IMG/VR virus record: IMGVR_UViG_3300044676_001308
Coordinates: 1 to 33,597 of that record
Length of the DNA: 33,597 bases
Direction: 5' to 3' (one strand)
From: a virus
Lineage: Duplodnaviria > Caudoviricetes
The notes under the pieces: generated by a model
The model's input: only the letters and a program-made list of their open reading frames with translations
Databases searched by the model: none
Told to the model about the DNA's origin: nothing
Program-made: the position numbers and the translations under genes
In this document: positions 8,167 to 17,590 of the stretch, piece after piece
How the letters are laid out: every line of letters begins with the position of its first letter
Position numbering within the stretch: the first letter of the stretch is position 1

Positions 8167-9897
8167 ATGGCAGAATCACAAATCTTAGGATTGTTCGCAT
8201 CACCGCAGATGGTAGAGACTGCAGTGCGGCAAGAGATCCGTCAGCAAGCCCCTCAGTTCGAATCAGCACCTAATCAGCGTCTGTTCAATAACATTGCACA
8301 GGCTGGTGCGGCCTTTGACCCACGTGTACAGCGGGCTAAACAACAACAGGAAGTAGCGCAGGGGATACAAGGCGAGTTCGGTACATCACAGTATTACCGT
8401 GATCTGGCTGAGCAGTTCCGTCAGCGTGGTATGCTCCAGTCTGCAATAGTCGCCGCAGATAAGGCGAAACAACTAGACAAAGATCTAATGGATCAAGCTA
8501 AGCTCAAGTATGGTGCAATCAGTTTTGTACAATACGGCAGTAAGGTTCCAGAGATTCGTCGCTTAGTAATGCAGATTGAAATGACTAAAGACCCTGCCGC
8601 TAAGATTGCTTTAGAGAAAGAATTGACTGAAGTAATGAAGCAAGGTACGCAGGAGGTTGCAGACCGGGAAGCTTTAGAAGCTGGGCAGGAAGAAGCGGCA
8701 AAGCAAAAAGAGCAATCAAGATTTGCAACCCGTGAAGACCTGCAAGGTAGATTTGAGCAAGCCAACAGTCGAGCATCTGCTGTTCTAGGTATTATGAAGA
8801 ACATCGGCTCAGCAGTTGAAGCCGGGACGATTTATACCGGGCCGTTAGCCAAAGCGCAGTCAAATATCATGGCAATTGCACAGACGTTTGGTCTGACCAG
8901 TGCAGAAACTGATCGCATGATTGCGAACACTGAACGTGCTGAATCAATTATCGGTCAGGCACTGTTAGAGCAAATCAAAACCCTCGGTACAAACCCATCT
9001 AACGCTGACCGGGAGTTCTTAGCTAAAACGCTTCCAACTGTTCTTAACAGTCCTGACGGTATCCGAAAAATCATAGAGTATATGCGTTTGAAAGCTCTTT
9101 CTGCAAGAGCTGATGCACAGGACCGTTTGGCGTACTTTAAAACACCGAATAAAGATGGATCTCAAAAGTTTGATATGCTTGGTTATGAATCCAAAGCATT
9201 TGACGAACTTCAAGAGTTTTTCCGTAAGAATAATGTATCTGCATCGCTAAATCCAGATGATAACTATATTCCTTACGAGTTTGAAGTCGATTCTAAGCAT
9301 AAAGGCGAAGAGACGACTGAACAACCTACACCAGCAACTACAGAGCAAGCCGCTGAGCAGGCTCTAACAGCTATCGACACCAGCCCTGTCACCCAACAGG
9401 ATTCGGATAATATACAGGCGGTGCGTGACCAACGTGACCAAGCCGCTCAAGCACCTGTAGTGACGCCCGGAGCAACGGTGGAGGCTGGTCCTGATGGTGC
9501 TGAGCCTCCAATGCCTAGAGTGGCCCCACAGACTGAACAGGGTATTGCACAGCGAATCCAACAGATTGACGAAGACCTTAGTGGAGCGTCTGACCTTACC
9601 GGCCCAGACCGGCGGGCGCTTACTGCAGAACGTGAACGGCTAGCAGAGTCTTACAATCGCATGGGTGATCAGCGTAATGCTGTGGTAGATGCTATGGTGT
9701 TATCTCAAATGCCGGGATCGATACCAGATTCACAAAAGGAGCTTCGATTACAGGCGTTACCAAAAGAGCGTAAACTGATTATCGTCGAGAATATGCTTCT
9801 TATGAAGTTTAATAAAGACGGCGCTCTAAGCCCTGCTGAGCAGACCCTGTACAAAGCTATCAGAGAAGAGCTACGCAAACTAGGAGTTAGACAGTGA
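8167..9897 (+). CDS. Internal virion (ejection) protein 2
   Basis: ATG 8167 with GGAG SD, preferred over track start 8119. Helical Gln/Ala-rich; LGTNPSNADREFL motif. Confidence 0.65.
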   Translation: MAESQILGLFASPQMVETAVRQEIRQQAPQFESAPNQRLFNNIAQAGAAFDPRVQRAKQQQEVAQGIQGEFGTSQYYRDLAEQFRQRGMLQSAIVAADKAKQLDKDLMDQAKLKYGAISFVQYGSKVPEIRRLVMQIEMTKDPAAKIALEKELTEVMKQGTQEVADREALEAGQEEAAKQKEQSRFATREDLQGRFEQANSRASAVLGIMKNIGSAVEAGTIYTGPLAKAQSNIMAIAQTFGLTSAETDRMIANTERAESIIGQALLEQIKTLGTNPSNADREFLAKTLPTVLNSPDGIRKIIEYMRLKALSARADAQDRLAYFKTPNKDGSQKFDMLGYESKAFDELQEFFRKNNVSASLNPDDNYIPYEFEVDSKHKGEETTEQPTPATTEQAAEQALTAIDTSPVTQQDSDNIQAVRDQRDQAAQAPVVTPGATVEAGPDGAEPPMPRVAPQTEQGIAQRIQQIDEDLSGASDLTGPDRRALTAERERLAESYNRMGDQRNAVVDAMVLSQMPGSIPDSQKELRLQALPKERKLIIVENMLLMKFNKDGALSPAEQTLYKAIREELRKLGVRQ

Positions 9898-12113
9898 CAG
9901 AAGCTGAATATCAAGAACTGATGGGCTTGTATGGCCCTCAGCGTAATCTTCAAAAGAAAAAGAAGGCGGTGGAGCAATCGGCTGTTGCAGGCTCTAGCAT
10001 CACTGATGTATTTGCGTCAGCGGCTAAAGAGATCCTAGATGATGCAGGCGGCTACCTCGCTAAGTCAGCGTTTGGTCGTGGAGGCATGTTAGATATCAGT
10101 CAGTATGTTGACACTCGACCAGCGATTACCGGCTTACAGGCACTGCAAAGTGGTGTTGCAGGCTTCGCATCTACCCCACGTGAAATACCACGTCTCGCTG
10201 AAGCTGGGTATGAATATGCGACTGGGGAAGATGTAGACTTTGATGTACTTGCCGGTACAGGATTCCCCACATACCAAGAAGCAGGTGAATTTATCGGGGG
10301 CTACACCGGACTTCCAACAGAGCTTAGAGAAGATGCCAGTGCCGCTGAAAAAGCAATGTATTACGGTATTGAATCATTGCCTATGTTTGGTGGAGGCGGT
10401 CTACGTGGTTTAGCTATGCGTACTGCACAGGGTTCTGCCGCAGGTTTTGGTGCTGAAGTCAACCCAGCGTTAGGTATGGCTATCGGAGCCGCCCCTGAGT
10501 TGCCTCTAACACCTAGTATTCCCGGAGCCAGTCGTAAAGGCTTCAAAGAAACCCGTATGGATGCCCTTGACTCTGACGCTCAGCGTATGGCAGAGCAGTC
10601 TCTATCTGACTTTGGCATCGAAGAGACACGTGGGCAGATTCTCTATCGTCAGGCATTGGCGGAAACAAACCAACGCCGTAGGACAACGAAGCTTGCAGAA
10701 GCTGAGCGTGTTCTGGGATTAGAAGAAGCAGGACGCCGTGTTGATGCCCGTAAACTTAGCCCCGGTGTACGGTCTAATGTAGAGCTATGGAAAGACGCTG
10801 ACATCAAACAAGCAAAGCAGATTGAAAATGCGATGCGTAAAATTGTTGGAGCCGCTGAAGGACGGAAGAAGCCTGCAGACGTTAGCCGTAAACTTGCCAA
10901 TATTTATAATGGCTGGTCTAAGAAAAGGATGCAAAAGCTAAGAAAAGAAAATAAAGCAGATTTTGACTCCTTAGATCCGTCAATCAGGTTTGACCTAGAG
11001 TTTCTGTTACCAGAGATTGACAATCTCATGGAGTATTATGGTTTAGCAAAGCGAGTAGATAACAGACCTGCTAATACTATTATGAAAATTCGTGAGCAGA
11101 TTCTCACAGAACAAGGTAAGCTAAGAAAGCTAAGTCCAAAAGAATATCAAAACATTCTATCAGACTTGGGTAGGATAGCTTGGAGCGGACGTATTGAGGG
11201 TGTTGCAGACTTAGATCCTGGGACTATTAAAACTGTTGCCGCTAAAATGCAACAGATTTTTAAACGTGGCTTAGACTCAATGGCGGAGTCAGACATCCCT
11301 GATGCACAGAAACTAAAAGATGTTAGGGATCGTGTTGCAGGACGTTTTGCCGCATTAGAGGACGAAACTAGTGGTCCGTTGATGGAGTTCTTTAAGTTCG
11401 ATGCGGCTCCACGTACACCCCTAGAGATTGTTGAAGCCTTAGAATACTCAGCCACTGATCCAGACAAGATTAAAATCTTTGCAAGCTTGGTTCAACAAGA
11501 GCATCCTACGCTGTGGCCTGAAGTTAAGCAAGCTCTGTTTAATCGTGAGATGGCGAAGCTAGCCGACACTGAAGGCAATTTAGATATCATCAAGCTCCGT
11601 CAGGCTAAAGAGAATTTGCTACAGAATGAGTTGCTATTTGGTGATGGTAGTGCCTCTCAAGGCCTAGAAGAGATGGACCGTCTGTTCACTATGATGGAAG
11701 GTATCTTCAAGCGTATAGACCCTGCTGATCTGTCCTCAACTGATCTGTACAAAGCGATGAAGCTAGGCAGTGAGATTGGAGGCTCGTTAGGTGGACCTAA
11801 AGCTCGTTACGTATCTGAGGCGGCTACAAAGCTTGCAATGCTCGCTAAAGGTGGGAGACTACCTGTAGAAGCGGCGGCAGAGTTTGCATCAAACCCGAAA
11901 GCACGTAAGGTTATGGTTAAAATCCTGAAGGGCGAGGCGGCTACGCTAACACCGGCAGAGATGGGTATCTTGAAGAACATCGTGAGATTAGGTAAGATAC
12001 AAACCTTTGCAGGCTTACCATCCATATACTTCGGTCGTGACGAAGACGCTAAGCAGAGCATCGAAGATGCAACCAAAGCTGTTCAGGGCATGTTCAGCGG
12101 AACTAAAGAATAA
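9894..12113 (+). CDS. Internal virion (ejection) protein 3
   Basis: 739 aa, helical with Gly-rich hydrophobic patches. GTGA coupling; last gene of the arm. Confidence 0.65.
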   Translation: MTEAEYQELMGLYGPQRNLQKKKKAVEQSAVAGSSITDVFASAAKEILDDAGGYLAKSAFGRGGMLDISQYVDTRPAITGLQALQSGVAGFASTPREIPRLAEAGYEYATGEDVDFDVLAGTGFPTYQEAGEFIGGYTGLPTELREDASAAEKAMYYGIESLPMFGGGGLRGLAMRTAQGSAAGFGAEVNPALGMAIGAAPELPLTPSIPGASRKGFKETRMDALDSDAQRMAEQSLSDFGIEETRGQILYRQALAETNQRRRTTKLAEAERVLGLEEAGRRVDARKLSPGVRSNVELWKDADIKQAKQIENAMRKIVGAAEGRKKPADVSRKLANIYNGWSKKRMQKLRKENKADFDSLDPSIRFDLEFLLPEIDNLMEYYGLAKRVDNRPANTIMKIREQILTEQGKLRKLSPKEYQNILSDLGRIAWSGRIEGVADLDPGTIKTVAAKMQQIFKRGLDSMAESDIPDAQKLKDVRDRVAGRFAALEDETSGPLMEFFKFDAAPRTPLEIVEALEYSATDPDKIKIFASLVQQEHPTLWPEVKQALFNREMAKLADTEGNLDIIKLRQAKENLLQNELLFGDGSASQGLEEMDRLFTMMEGIFKRIDPADLSSTDLYKAMKLGSEIGGSLGGPKARYVSEAATKLAMLAKGGRLPVEAAAEFASNPKARKVMVKILKGEAATLTPAEMGILKNIVRLGKIQTFAGLPSIYFGRDEDAKQSIEDATKAVQGMFSGTKE

Positions 12114-12136
12114 AAAAAAGCCCCTGCAAAGGGGCT
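12112..12136 (-). terminator. Rho-independent terminator at the convergence of the two arms
   Basis: AGCCCCT-GCAA-AGGGGCT stem with A8 on its left (a U-tract on the - strand). May also stop + strand transcripts. Confidence 0.8.
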
Positions 12137-12156
12137 AATATCTCACTGGAGAGATT

Positions 12157-12348
12157 CTACTCAAACACCTCAAAGATGTCACCGATCATAATCTTCACGA
12201 ACGGGATATTAATAACAAACCCGTCGAAGAAGAATACCTGTGCATCTTCAATGTTTTCATCCTGTTTCCAACCTAACACTGGTTGGGACTGTACTGTCTC
12301 AATTGACATACCAAATACATGGTGAAACCTTGCCGCTACCATCCCCAA
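12157..12348 (-). CDS. Hypothetical protein
   Basis: Overlaps the nrdB stop and fills the gap to the terminator. Start 12348 or 12342. Confidence 0.6.
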   Translation of the reverse strand: MGMVAARFHHVFGMSIETVQSQPVLGWKQDENIEDAQVFFFDGFVINIPFVKIMIGDIFEVFE

Positions 12349-13289
12349 TCATCCCCTTCTAGTCCGTGTGCGTTATAGTCTGTAACCCTCTTCTCAAAGA
12401 AATTACTCATTGACGATCCGCCTAGTAACTCTTCCATCCACGGTAGAGGATTCTCCTTAACCTTCCAGTTCGTCTTGAGGCCAAGCTGGAGTAGTCTGCG
12501 GTCTGCCAAGTAACGGATGTATTGTTTGACATCTGCCGCCGACAAACCTTCCAAGTCACCCATCTCATACGCAAGATCAATAACCTTGTCTTCAAGCTTG
12601 ACTGCAGTACGGAACATACCGTAAATCTCTTTCTTAAAATCGTCATTCACAATCCTTGGATGCTCTGTGCAGAACTCCCTAAACAGCTTCGCCATCCCTT
12701 CAGCGTGTTGGCTCTCATCACGGACAGACCATTCTACGACTGTACACATACCCGGCATCTTACCGTAGCGTTGGTAGTTGAGGAGCATCGCAAATGCTGA
12801 GAACAAGCTCATACCTTCATTCAACACTGATCGTGCAATTGCAAGGGCTGTGCCGCTGATAGAATTTACGTCTAATCCGGACATGAACTCCAGTTTTGCA
12901 GACATTTGTTGATACTCTAGGAACGTGCTAAACTCCTCTTCAGGAAGTCCAAGAGTGTCATTGAGAAGGGCGTATGCTCGTTGATGGATGAACTCACGTG
13001 AAGCAAAGGCTGTGAGCATGGCTCTGATCTCATTGTTCTTGAACTTGGGAATGTAATACTCAAGATAGTTTGTTCCAACAGCCACGTCTGTCTGCGTAAA
13101 TAGCCGCAGGATCTGGGTGATATGGTGCTTCTCGCTTTCCGATAATGCCCCCGATTTCCAGTGATTAACATCAGTCTGTAGCTCCAGTTCGTCTTCAATC
13201 CAGTGGATGCGTTCATGTTCCGTTGCATACTTTACAGCCCAAGGATAGCTAAAGGGCTTGTAAGTTGTATTAGTCTCTAACAGTGACAT
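12336..13289 (-). CDS. nrdB: Class I ribonucleotide reductase beta subunit
   Basis: Metal ligands FTQTD, EFIH, NEG, DESQH; radical Tyr in QRAY; NFFEKRVTDY tail. Confidence 0.95.
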   Translation of the reverse strand: MSLLETNTTYKPFSYPWAVKYATEHERIHWIEDELELQTDVNHWKSGALSESEKHHITQILRLFTQTDVAVGTNYLEYYIPKFKNNEIRAMLTAFASREFIHQRAYALLNDTLGLPEEEFSTFLEYQQMSAKLEFMSGLDVNSISGTALAIARSVLNEGMSLFSAFAMLLNYQRYGKMPGMCTVVEWSVRDESQHAEGMAKLFREFCTEHPRIVNDDFKKEIYGMFRTAVKLEDKVIDLAYEMGDLEGLSAADVKQYIRYLADRRLLQLGLKTNWKVKENPLPWMEELLGGSSMSNFFEKRVTDYNAHGLEGDDWGW

Positions 13290-13482
13290 CGGTATTCTCC
13301 AGTTCTGTTTGGTTCTGATAAATCACGTTCATCAGATTGTTGTTGTGATATTGCAGTCTTTGTACTTCTTGTAGCAACTTGACAGTGCTGTCAAAGCAGT
13401 CATTGAGTAATCGTCTGTTAAACGGATCACTGTCTTTAATTATGTCTAACCGCTTAAGCAGGTTCTGTGCTTCTTCTATCAT
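13270..13482 (-). CDS. Hypothetical protein
   Basis: Overlap-coupled, co-oriented, helical. Confidence 0.6.
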   Translation of the reverse strand: MIEEAQNLLKRLDIIKDSDPFNRRLLNDCFDSTVKLLQEVQRLQYHNNNLMNVIYQNQTELENTDVTVRD

Positions 13483-13663
13483 CTATATTCTCCAATTGAT
13501 ACTCGTCATTCTCTTTATCTACAGCCATCTCAAGCAGTCGTCTTAGACCGACACTAACTAACAACCTTGTAGCATCTGGGTCTGTATCAACAACCAGTGT
13601 TGCACTACCATCTCCATGTTCAACATAGTCTGTTACTTCAATTGTTCCTGCTTTGGTTTGCAT
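13454..13663 (-). CDS. Hypothetical protein
   Basis: AAGGAGAG SD. IEV..YVEH.DGSAT pattern common in small phage proteins. Confidence 0.7.
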   Translation of the reverse strand: MQTKAGTIEVTDYVEHGDGSATLVVDTDPDATRLLVSVGLRRLLEMAVDKENDEYQLENIDDRRSTEPA

Positions 13664-13674
13664 ATTCTCTCCTT

Positions 13675-13862
13675 TGCATAGGAATACTATGCATAGATAA
13701 TTACATTATATGTAATCTATTCCCACTTTTATGCGCTTAATAGTGTTACATTCCACATTTATCTGCGGATAAGTCTACGCTAATGAACTATAAAAGCAAC
13801 ATCTGTGTAGACTTATAGCTAATATACTATCCATTTACACCCAAAAGCAACATATATGGATA
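13675..13862. repeat. Array of about six abutting inverted repeats; two share loop motif AAAAGCAACAT
   Basis: Stems at 13675-93, 13693-720, 13724-45, 13759-72, 13769-816, 13828-62, read directly. Confidence 0.8.
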
Positions 13863-13867
13863 CTATG

Positions 13868-15625
13868 TTATCCCTGACAACTTACGCAGACTTCATCATC
13901 CTCAAAGTCTTTCAGCGCATTACGGTCCACTTTAGTCCCAACCTTCTCCGCTGTAACACCTGCAGTGGTGCGAAGGTAGTATAGTCCTTTAAGTCCTTCT
14001 TTCCAAGCCTTGAGATGTACCTGATTGACAATAGCCTTGTCCGTCCCCGATGGGAAGAATACATTGACACTCTGGCCCTGACAGATGAACTCTTGCCGCT
14101 TAGCTGAATGTTCCACCACCCAGTTCTGATCTAGTTCAAAGGCTGTTTTAAAAGTATCTTTCTCAGCGTCCGATAGAAACTCCAGATGTTGTACCGATCC
14201 TTCAGCCTCCATAATAGACTGCCATACCTTCTTGGTGTTCTGGCCTGAAGCAATAAGTAGCTCCTCCAGATACGGATTGCGTACTGTGTGAGACCCTGCA
14301 CGAGTCCTGTGTACATAACAATTGCTAATACGAGGCTCGATACTGGCAGAGCAACCACAAAGAATAGAACTGTTAGCGTTAGGAGCGACAGCGAGTAGAT
14401 GCATGTTACGAACACCAGTACCATTACCGTCTGGACATTCGCCCAGTTCTGTAGCCAGTTGATAAGTCGCATCTGATGCTTGCTCCTTGATGTCCTTAAA
14501 CATCTGATAGTTCTCTGAGGCCGCCTGCCAAGACTCCCATGCTATGCTTTTGCTTTGGAGGTAGCCGTGGAAGCCCATTGCTCCAAGACCGATTGAACGC
14601 TCTCTGTATGCTGAGTATACAGCTTTTCCAAGTTCTTCTGGTGCGTGGTCAATAAAGTATTGAAGCACGTTGTCCAAGAATCTGACAAGGTCTCCAACCA
14701 TGCCGCTGGTTCGCCACTCGTCATACTTTTCAAGGTTGACTGAGGAGAGGCAACAGACTGCTGTGCGTTCTTCACTTGTTGCGAGATGGATTTCGTTGCA
14801 GAGGTTAGAGCCATTAATTGACAATCCAAGTTTTCTTTGAGCTTCCGGTAAGCCTCGTCGGGCTGTGTCGATAAAGTTAAGGTATGGACTGCCAGTTCTG
14901 AAGCGAGCTTCAAGGATTCGTTGCCATAATCTGCGAGCCTTGACTGTATCTCGGACAATTCCTGTATTCGGGTCTGTAAGATTCCACTCTGTATCATTAA
15001 TTACACTCTCCATAAAATCATCTGTGATGTTCACAGCATTAAATAAATTAAAACATTTCCGATTGATGTCGCCACCGGTCGGTACTTTGAAGCTGATAAA
15101 CTCCTCAATGTCGGGGTGACTAACATCCAAGTATGCGGCGTAGCTACCTTTTCTTGTCTTTCCTTGTTTGTACGCTGTCATCTGAGCGTCCACCACTTTC
15201 ATGAATGGGATCGGTCCCGGAGCTTTGTCGCTCACTCCTCTCACGTCTGACCAATGCCCACCCACACCTCCGCCCTTTACGGAAAGCCATGCTACTTCAC
15301 CATTATGTTCAATAAGGCTATCAAGATTGTCCCCCACATAAGTAAGGAAACAGCTAATAGGCAACCCACTAATCTTTCCATTCGGTTCTGGGGCATTACT
15401 GAGGACAGGTGACGCAAACATGAACCAACCCTTTGAGGCATAGTCATAAATACGTTGTGCCAAATCCAAATCCCCATAGCAGTAAGCCACTGAAGCACGT
15501 GCAAAAGCTTGTTGAGGAGACTTCTCATGACCAAGCATGTAGTAGTCCTGCATGAGTTTAATAGCTTGCTCACTGAGGCGATTATCCCGTTCATAATCAA
15601 TCGTTATCCCAAGGTGTGTTGTCAT
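13868..15625 (-). CDS. nrdA: Class I ribonucleotide reductase alpha subunit, no ATP cone
   Basis: PISCF, GSNLCNEI, AVCCLSS, APNANSS, GLYYLRT and C-terminal CVSCQG. ATG 15625 with GGAG SD. Confidence 0.95.
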   Translation of the reverse strand: MTTHLGITIDYERDNRLSEQAIKLMQDYYMLGHEKSPQQAFARASVAYCYGDLDLAQRIYDYASKGWFMFASPVLSNAPEPNGKISGLPISCFLTYVGDNLDSLIEHNGEVAWLSVKGGGVGGHWSDVRGVSDKAPGPIPFMKVVDAQMTAYKQGKTRKGSYAAYLDVSHPDIEEFISFKVPTGGDINRKCFNLFNAVNITDDFMESVINDTEWNLTDPNTGIVRDTVKARRLWQRILEARFRTGSPYLNFIDTARRGLPEAQRKLGLSINGSNLCNEIHLATSEERTAVCCLSSVNLEKYDEWRTSGMVGDLVRFLDNVLQYFIDHAPEELGKAVYSAYRERSIGLGAMGFHGYLQSKSIAWESWQAASENYQMFKDIKEQASDATYQLATELGECPDGNGTGVRNMHLLAVAPNANSSILCGCSASIEPRISNCYVHRTRAGSHTVRNPYLEELLIASGQNTKKVWQSIMEAEGSVQHLEFLSDAEKDTFKTAFELDQNWVVEHSAKRQEFICQGQSVNVFFPSGTDKAIVNQVHLKAWKEGLKGLYYLRTTAGVTAEKVGTKVDRNALKDFEDDEVCVSCQG

Positions 15626-15773
15626 CGAATTGGCTCTCCAGAGTTTCGTATTGTTCTTCAATTAGGTCTCCGCAACGGTTGATAATGTCTTCTGACGTCA
15701 GCTCTAACAGCTCAATCAATGTGACCTCATCAACCTGCATCAACTTTTCTTTGAGTTCTTGAATCGTTAACAT
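15597..15773 (-). CDS. 58-aa acidic protein (MLTIQELKEKLMQVDEVTLIELLELTSEDII...)
   Basis: Hand-translated. Fills the gap between DUF3310 and nrdA; resembles a small protein I recall from related podoviruses. Confidence 0.7.
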   Translation of the reverse strand: MLTIQELKEKLMQVDEVTLIELLELTSEDIINRCGDLIEEQYETLESQFDDNTPWDND

Positions 15774-15791
15774 AAAGCGGAACCGACCATT

Positions 15792-16070
15792 TTACAGTAA
15801 CTCAAGCAATTTGTCAATATAATGACGTGCTTTTTCGACATCAATCTTAACGCCTTTGTCAGGATATCGAGATATGTACTTGATAATATTACCTCTTATG
15901 TATCCTTCAAACTGCTCTTCAGACATGATAGCTTCCATAAACTCCCAAGGCTGAATCATCTTTGACGTATAATGAGCACCAGCAACCTGATGTTCATTGG
16001 CTGTTGAATCACGTTCTTTGAGCAGGTGGGTGCAGTCAAAGTCTTGTGCCATTTCATTTAAATCAATCAC
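15792..16070 (-). CDS. DUF3310 (SaV-like / T7 gp1.7-related) protein
   Basis: QVAG.HY...IQPW...GNIIKY.SR...K...D.EKARHY motif. Confidence 0.85.
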   Translation of the reverse strand: MIDLNEMAQDFDCTHLLKERDSTANEHQVAGAHYTSKMIQPWEFMEAIMSEEQFEGYIRGNIIKYISRYPDKGVKIDVEKARHYIDKLLELL

Positions 16071-16432
16071 TTCTTACGCTCCTCTTTTGTTTTCTTGTCA
16101 TGGCAAGTCTTACAAAGCACTTGTAAGTTGTCAGCTTCACAGAATAGATTTTTCACGAAGGCCGGTAGATCAGTGTATTTGGTCAGTGTGCCTGCTGGTT
16201 TGATATGATCTACGTTCACTTCTGTAGACTTGTACGTCTTCTTACAGCTAGCACATGTATACACCCATCGTGTACGCTTGTCTGTGCCTTTGTACGGAGA
16301 CTTTGCCGCATCCATCACCTGATACCGCACAGGATACTTAGTCCAAGCTCTGCGTAGTGCAGAACGAATGAAACTAAAGTATCTGGCGGTAGTCCAAGTG
16401 TTGCCTGCTTTGTTCTTTACTCCTCTGGTCAT
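16067..16432 (-). CDS. HNH endonuclease with Zn-binding Cys pairs
   Basis: CASC, VDHI, NLQVLCKTCHDKKT. Confidence 0.85.
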   Translation of the reverse strand: MTRGVKNKAGNTWTTARYFSFIRSALRRAWTKYPVRYQVMDAAKSPYKGTDKRTRWVYTCASCKKTYKSTEVNVDHIKPAGTLTKYTDLPAFVKNLFCEADNLQVLCKTCHDKKTKEERKK

Positions 16433-17115
16433 ACCACAGCTTCTGCAGGCGGTGCAAATGCATCGTCTGATGTACGAAGCATATACAGCAGGTGAGCATT
16501 CTCTACGGCTCTGTCATAACCCAACAGTTCAACGCAGATATCCCACATCTCCTGTTCGCTTTTATCTGTTAGAAGCTTATCAGCTTTAACCTCACCGATG
16601 CCTCTAACACCCTGAATATTATCAACACGATCCCCTGTTAGCATTTGCTTATAGAATCTAAACAAACCCTCAGCAGGATCAATGTGATACATCTCTTTCC
16701 TAGAAAAATTATAGTGCCATCCGGGGACTTGATCGAGGTCTTTATCAAGGCTCACGATCACGCTAGTATCTCCTAGCTCTGTCGCCCGGATTGCCAGTGC
16801 ATCATCTGCTTCGATACCGTCCGACACTGTGGCCGCCCATGCGTCGACAAGGTATTCCCGTAACAGATGATAGTGGACAGGCTTCTCAGTTCCTTTACGA
16901 TTGCCCTTATACGGTACAGTGACAGCGATGTCATTACGGAAGTTCTTCTTACCTGTGAGGTGAAGCTCCCATGTTTGAACCTTCGGTAGATCTAACAGCA
17001 ACATATCCTCAAGGAAGTGTGCCATCGTTCTGATGGCGACACCTTCTGTTTCATTGTTGCAGGCAAATCCAATACGATAGTTCAGGATGTCTGCGTCGAT
17101 AAGGGCATGATGCAT
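16429..17115 (-). CDS. 5'-3' exonuclease (T7 gp6/FEN-like)
   Basis: IDAD, NFR, YKGNR, EADD, DKDLDQVPG, GDRVDNIQG..GIGEVKA. Confidence 0.92.
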   Translation of the reverse strand: MHHALIDADILNYRIGFACNNETEGVAIRTMAHFLEDMLLLDLPKVQTWELHLTGKKNFRNDIAVTVPYKGNRKGTEKPVHYHLLREYLVDAWAATVSDGIEADDALAIRATELGDTSVIVSLDKDLDQVPGWHYNFSRKEMYHIDPAEGLFRFYKQMLTGDRVDNIQGVRGIGEVKADKLLTDKSEQEMWDICVELLGYDRAVENAHLLYMLRTSDDAFAPPAEAVV

Positions 17116-17537
17116 TATAAGATCTCGTCGTCGTCTACTGCAACGGCAACATCACCTACATCACCCTCGAAAGAGACAAGCTCGGAGATAACCAGCTTCT
17201 GTAGTGAAGGGCTACGACCTGCTTTGTTCTTCCAGTTCCAATCGTAGAAACCGACCAAGGCAACAGCTTGTGAGCCATTACCAATACCTACGCCTTCAAG
17301 CGCTTCACCGGAGCCATCATAAGCTCGGATAGGGTTGTTAGACTTACAGGTTACAAAGTAACCCTTGCCTTCTTTTTGACCGACTGTCAGCCCCATAGAC
17401 TCTAGGGCAGAAACAGCTCCATCGGAGAGATTGCAGAGGTCGATCTGATACTTGTTCGACATCTCATTACGACGATCTAAGTAAGCCCACATTACGTCAG
17501 CTTTGATCTTTACACGCTGTGCGTCATTCATAGTCAT
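17115..17537 (-). CDS. Single-stranded DNA-binding protein (gp2.5-like)
   Basis: Position between polymerase and exonuclease, IGNGS motif, acidic C-terminal tail DDDEIL, AGGAG SD. Confidence 0.7.
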   Translation of the reverse strand: MTMNDAQRVKIKADVMWAYLDRRNEMSNKYQIDLCNLSDGAVSALESMGLTVGQKEGKGYFVTCKSNNPIRAYDGSGEALEGVGIGNGSQAVALVGFYDWNWKNKAGRSPSLQKLVISELVSFEGDVGDVAVAVDDDEIL

Positions 17538-17562
17538 TCTCCTGTGTGGTGACTAAAACAAT

Positions 17563-17590
17563 ATTATAACATACTCTCAGTGAGTTTCAA
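17563..17590 (-). promoter_or_regulatory. sigma70-like promoter upstream of SSB
   Basis: On the - strand: TTGAAA, 16-nt spacer, TATAAT with TGn extension. Confidence 0.6.

Noticed and set aside
13675-13862. Hairpin array as CRISPR, integron attC or tRNA
   Set aside because: No constant repeat with unique spacers, no RYYYAAC/GTTRRRY ends, no cloverleaf or T-loop, and no cas or integrase gene.
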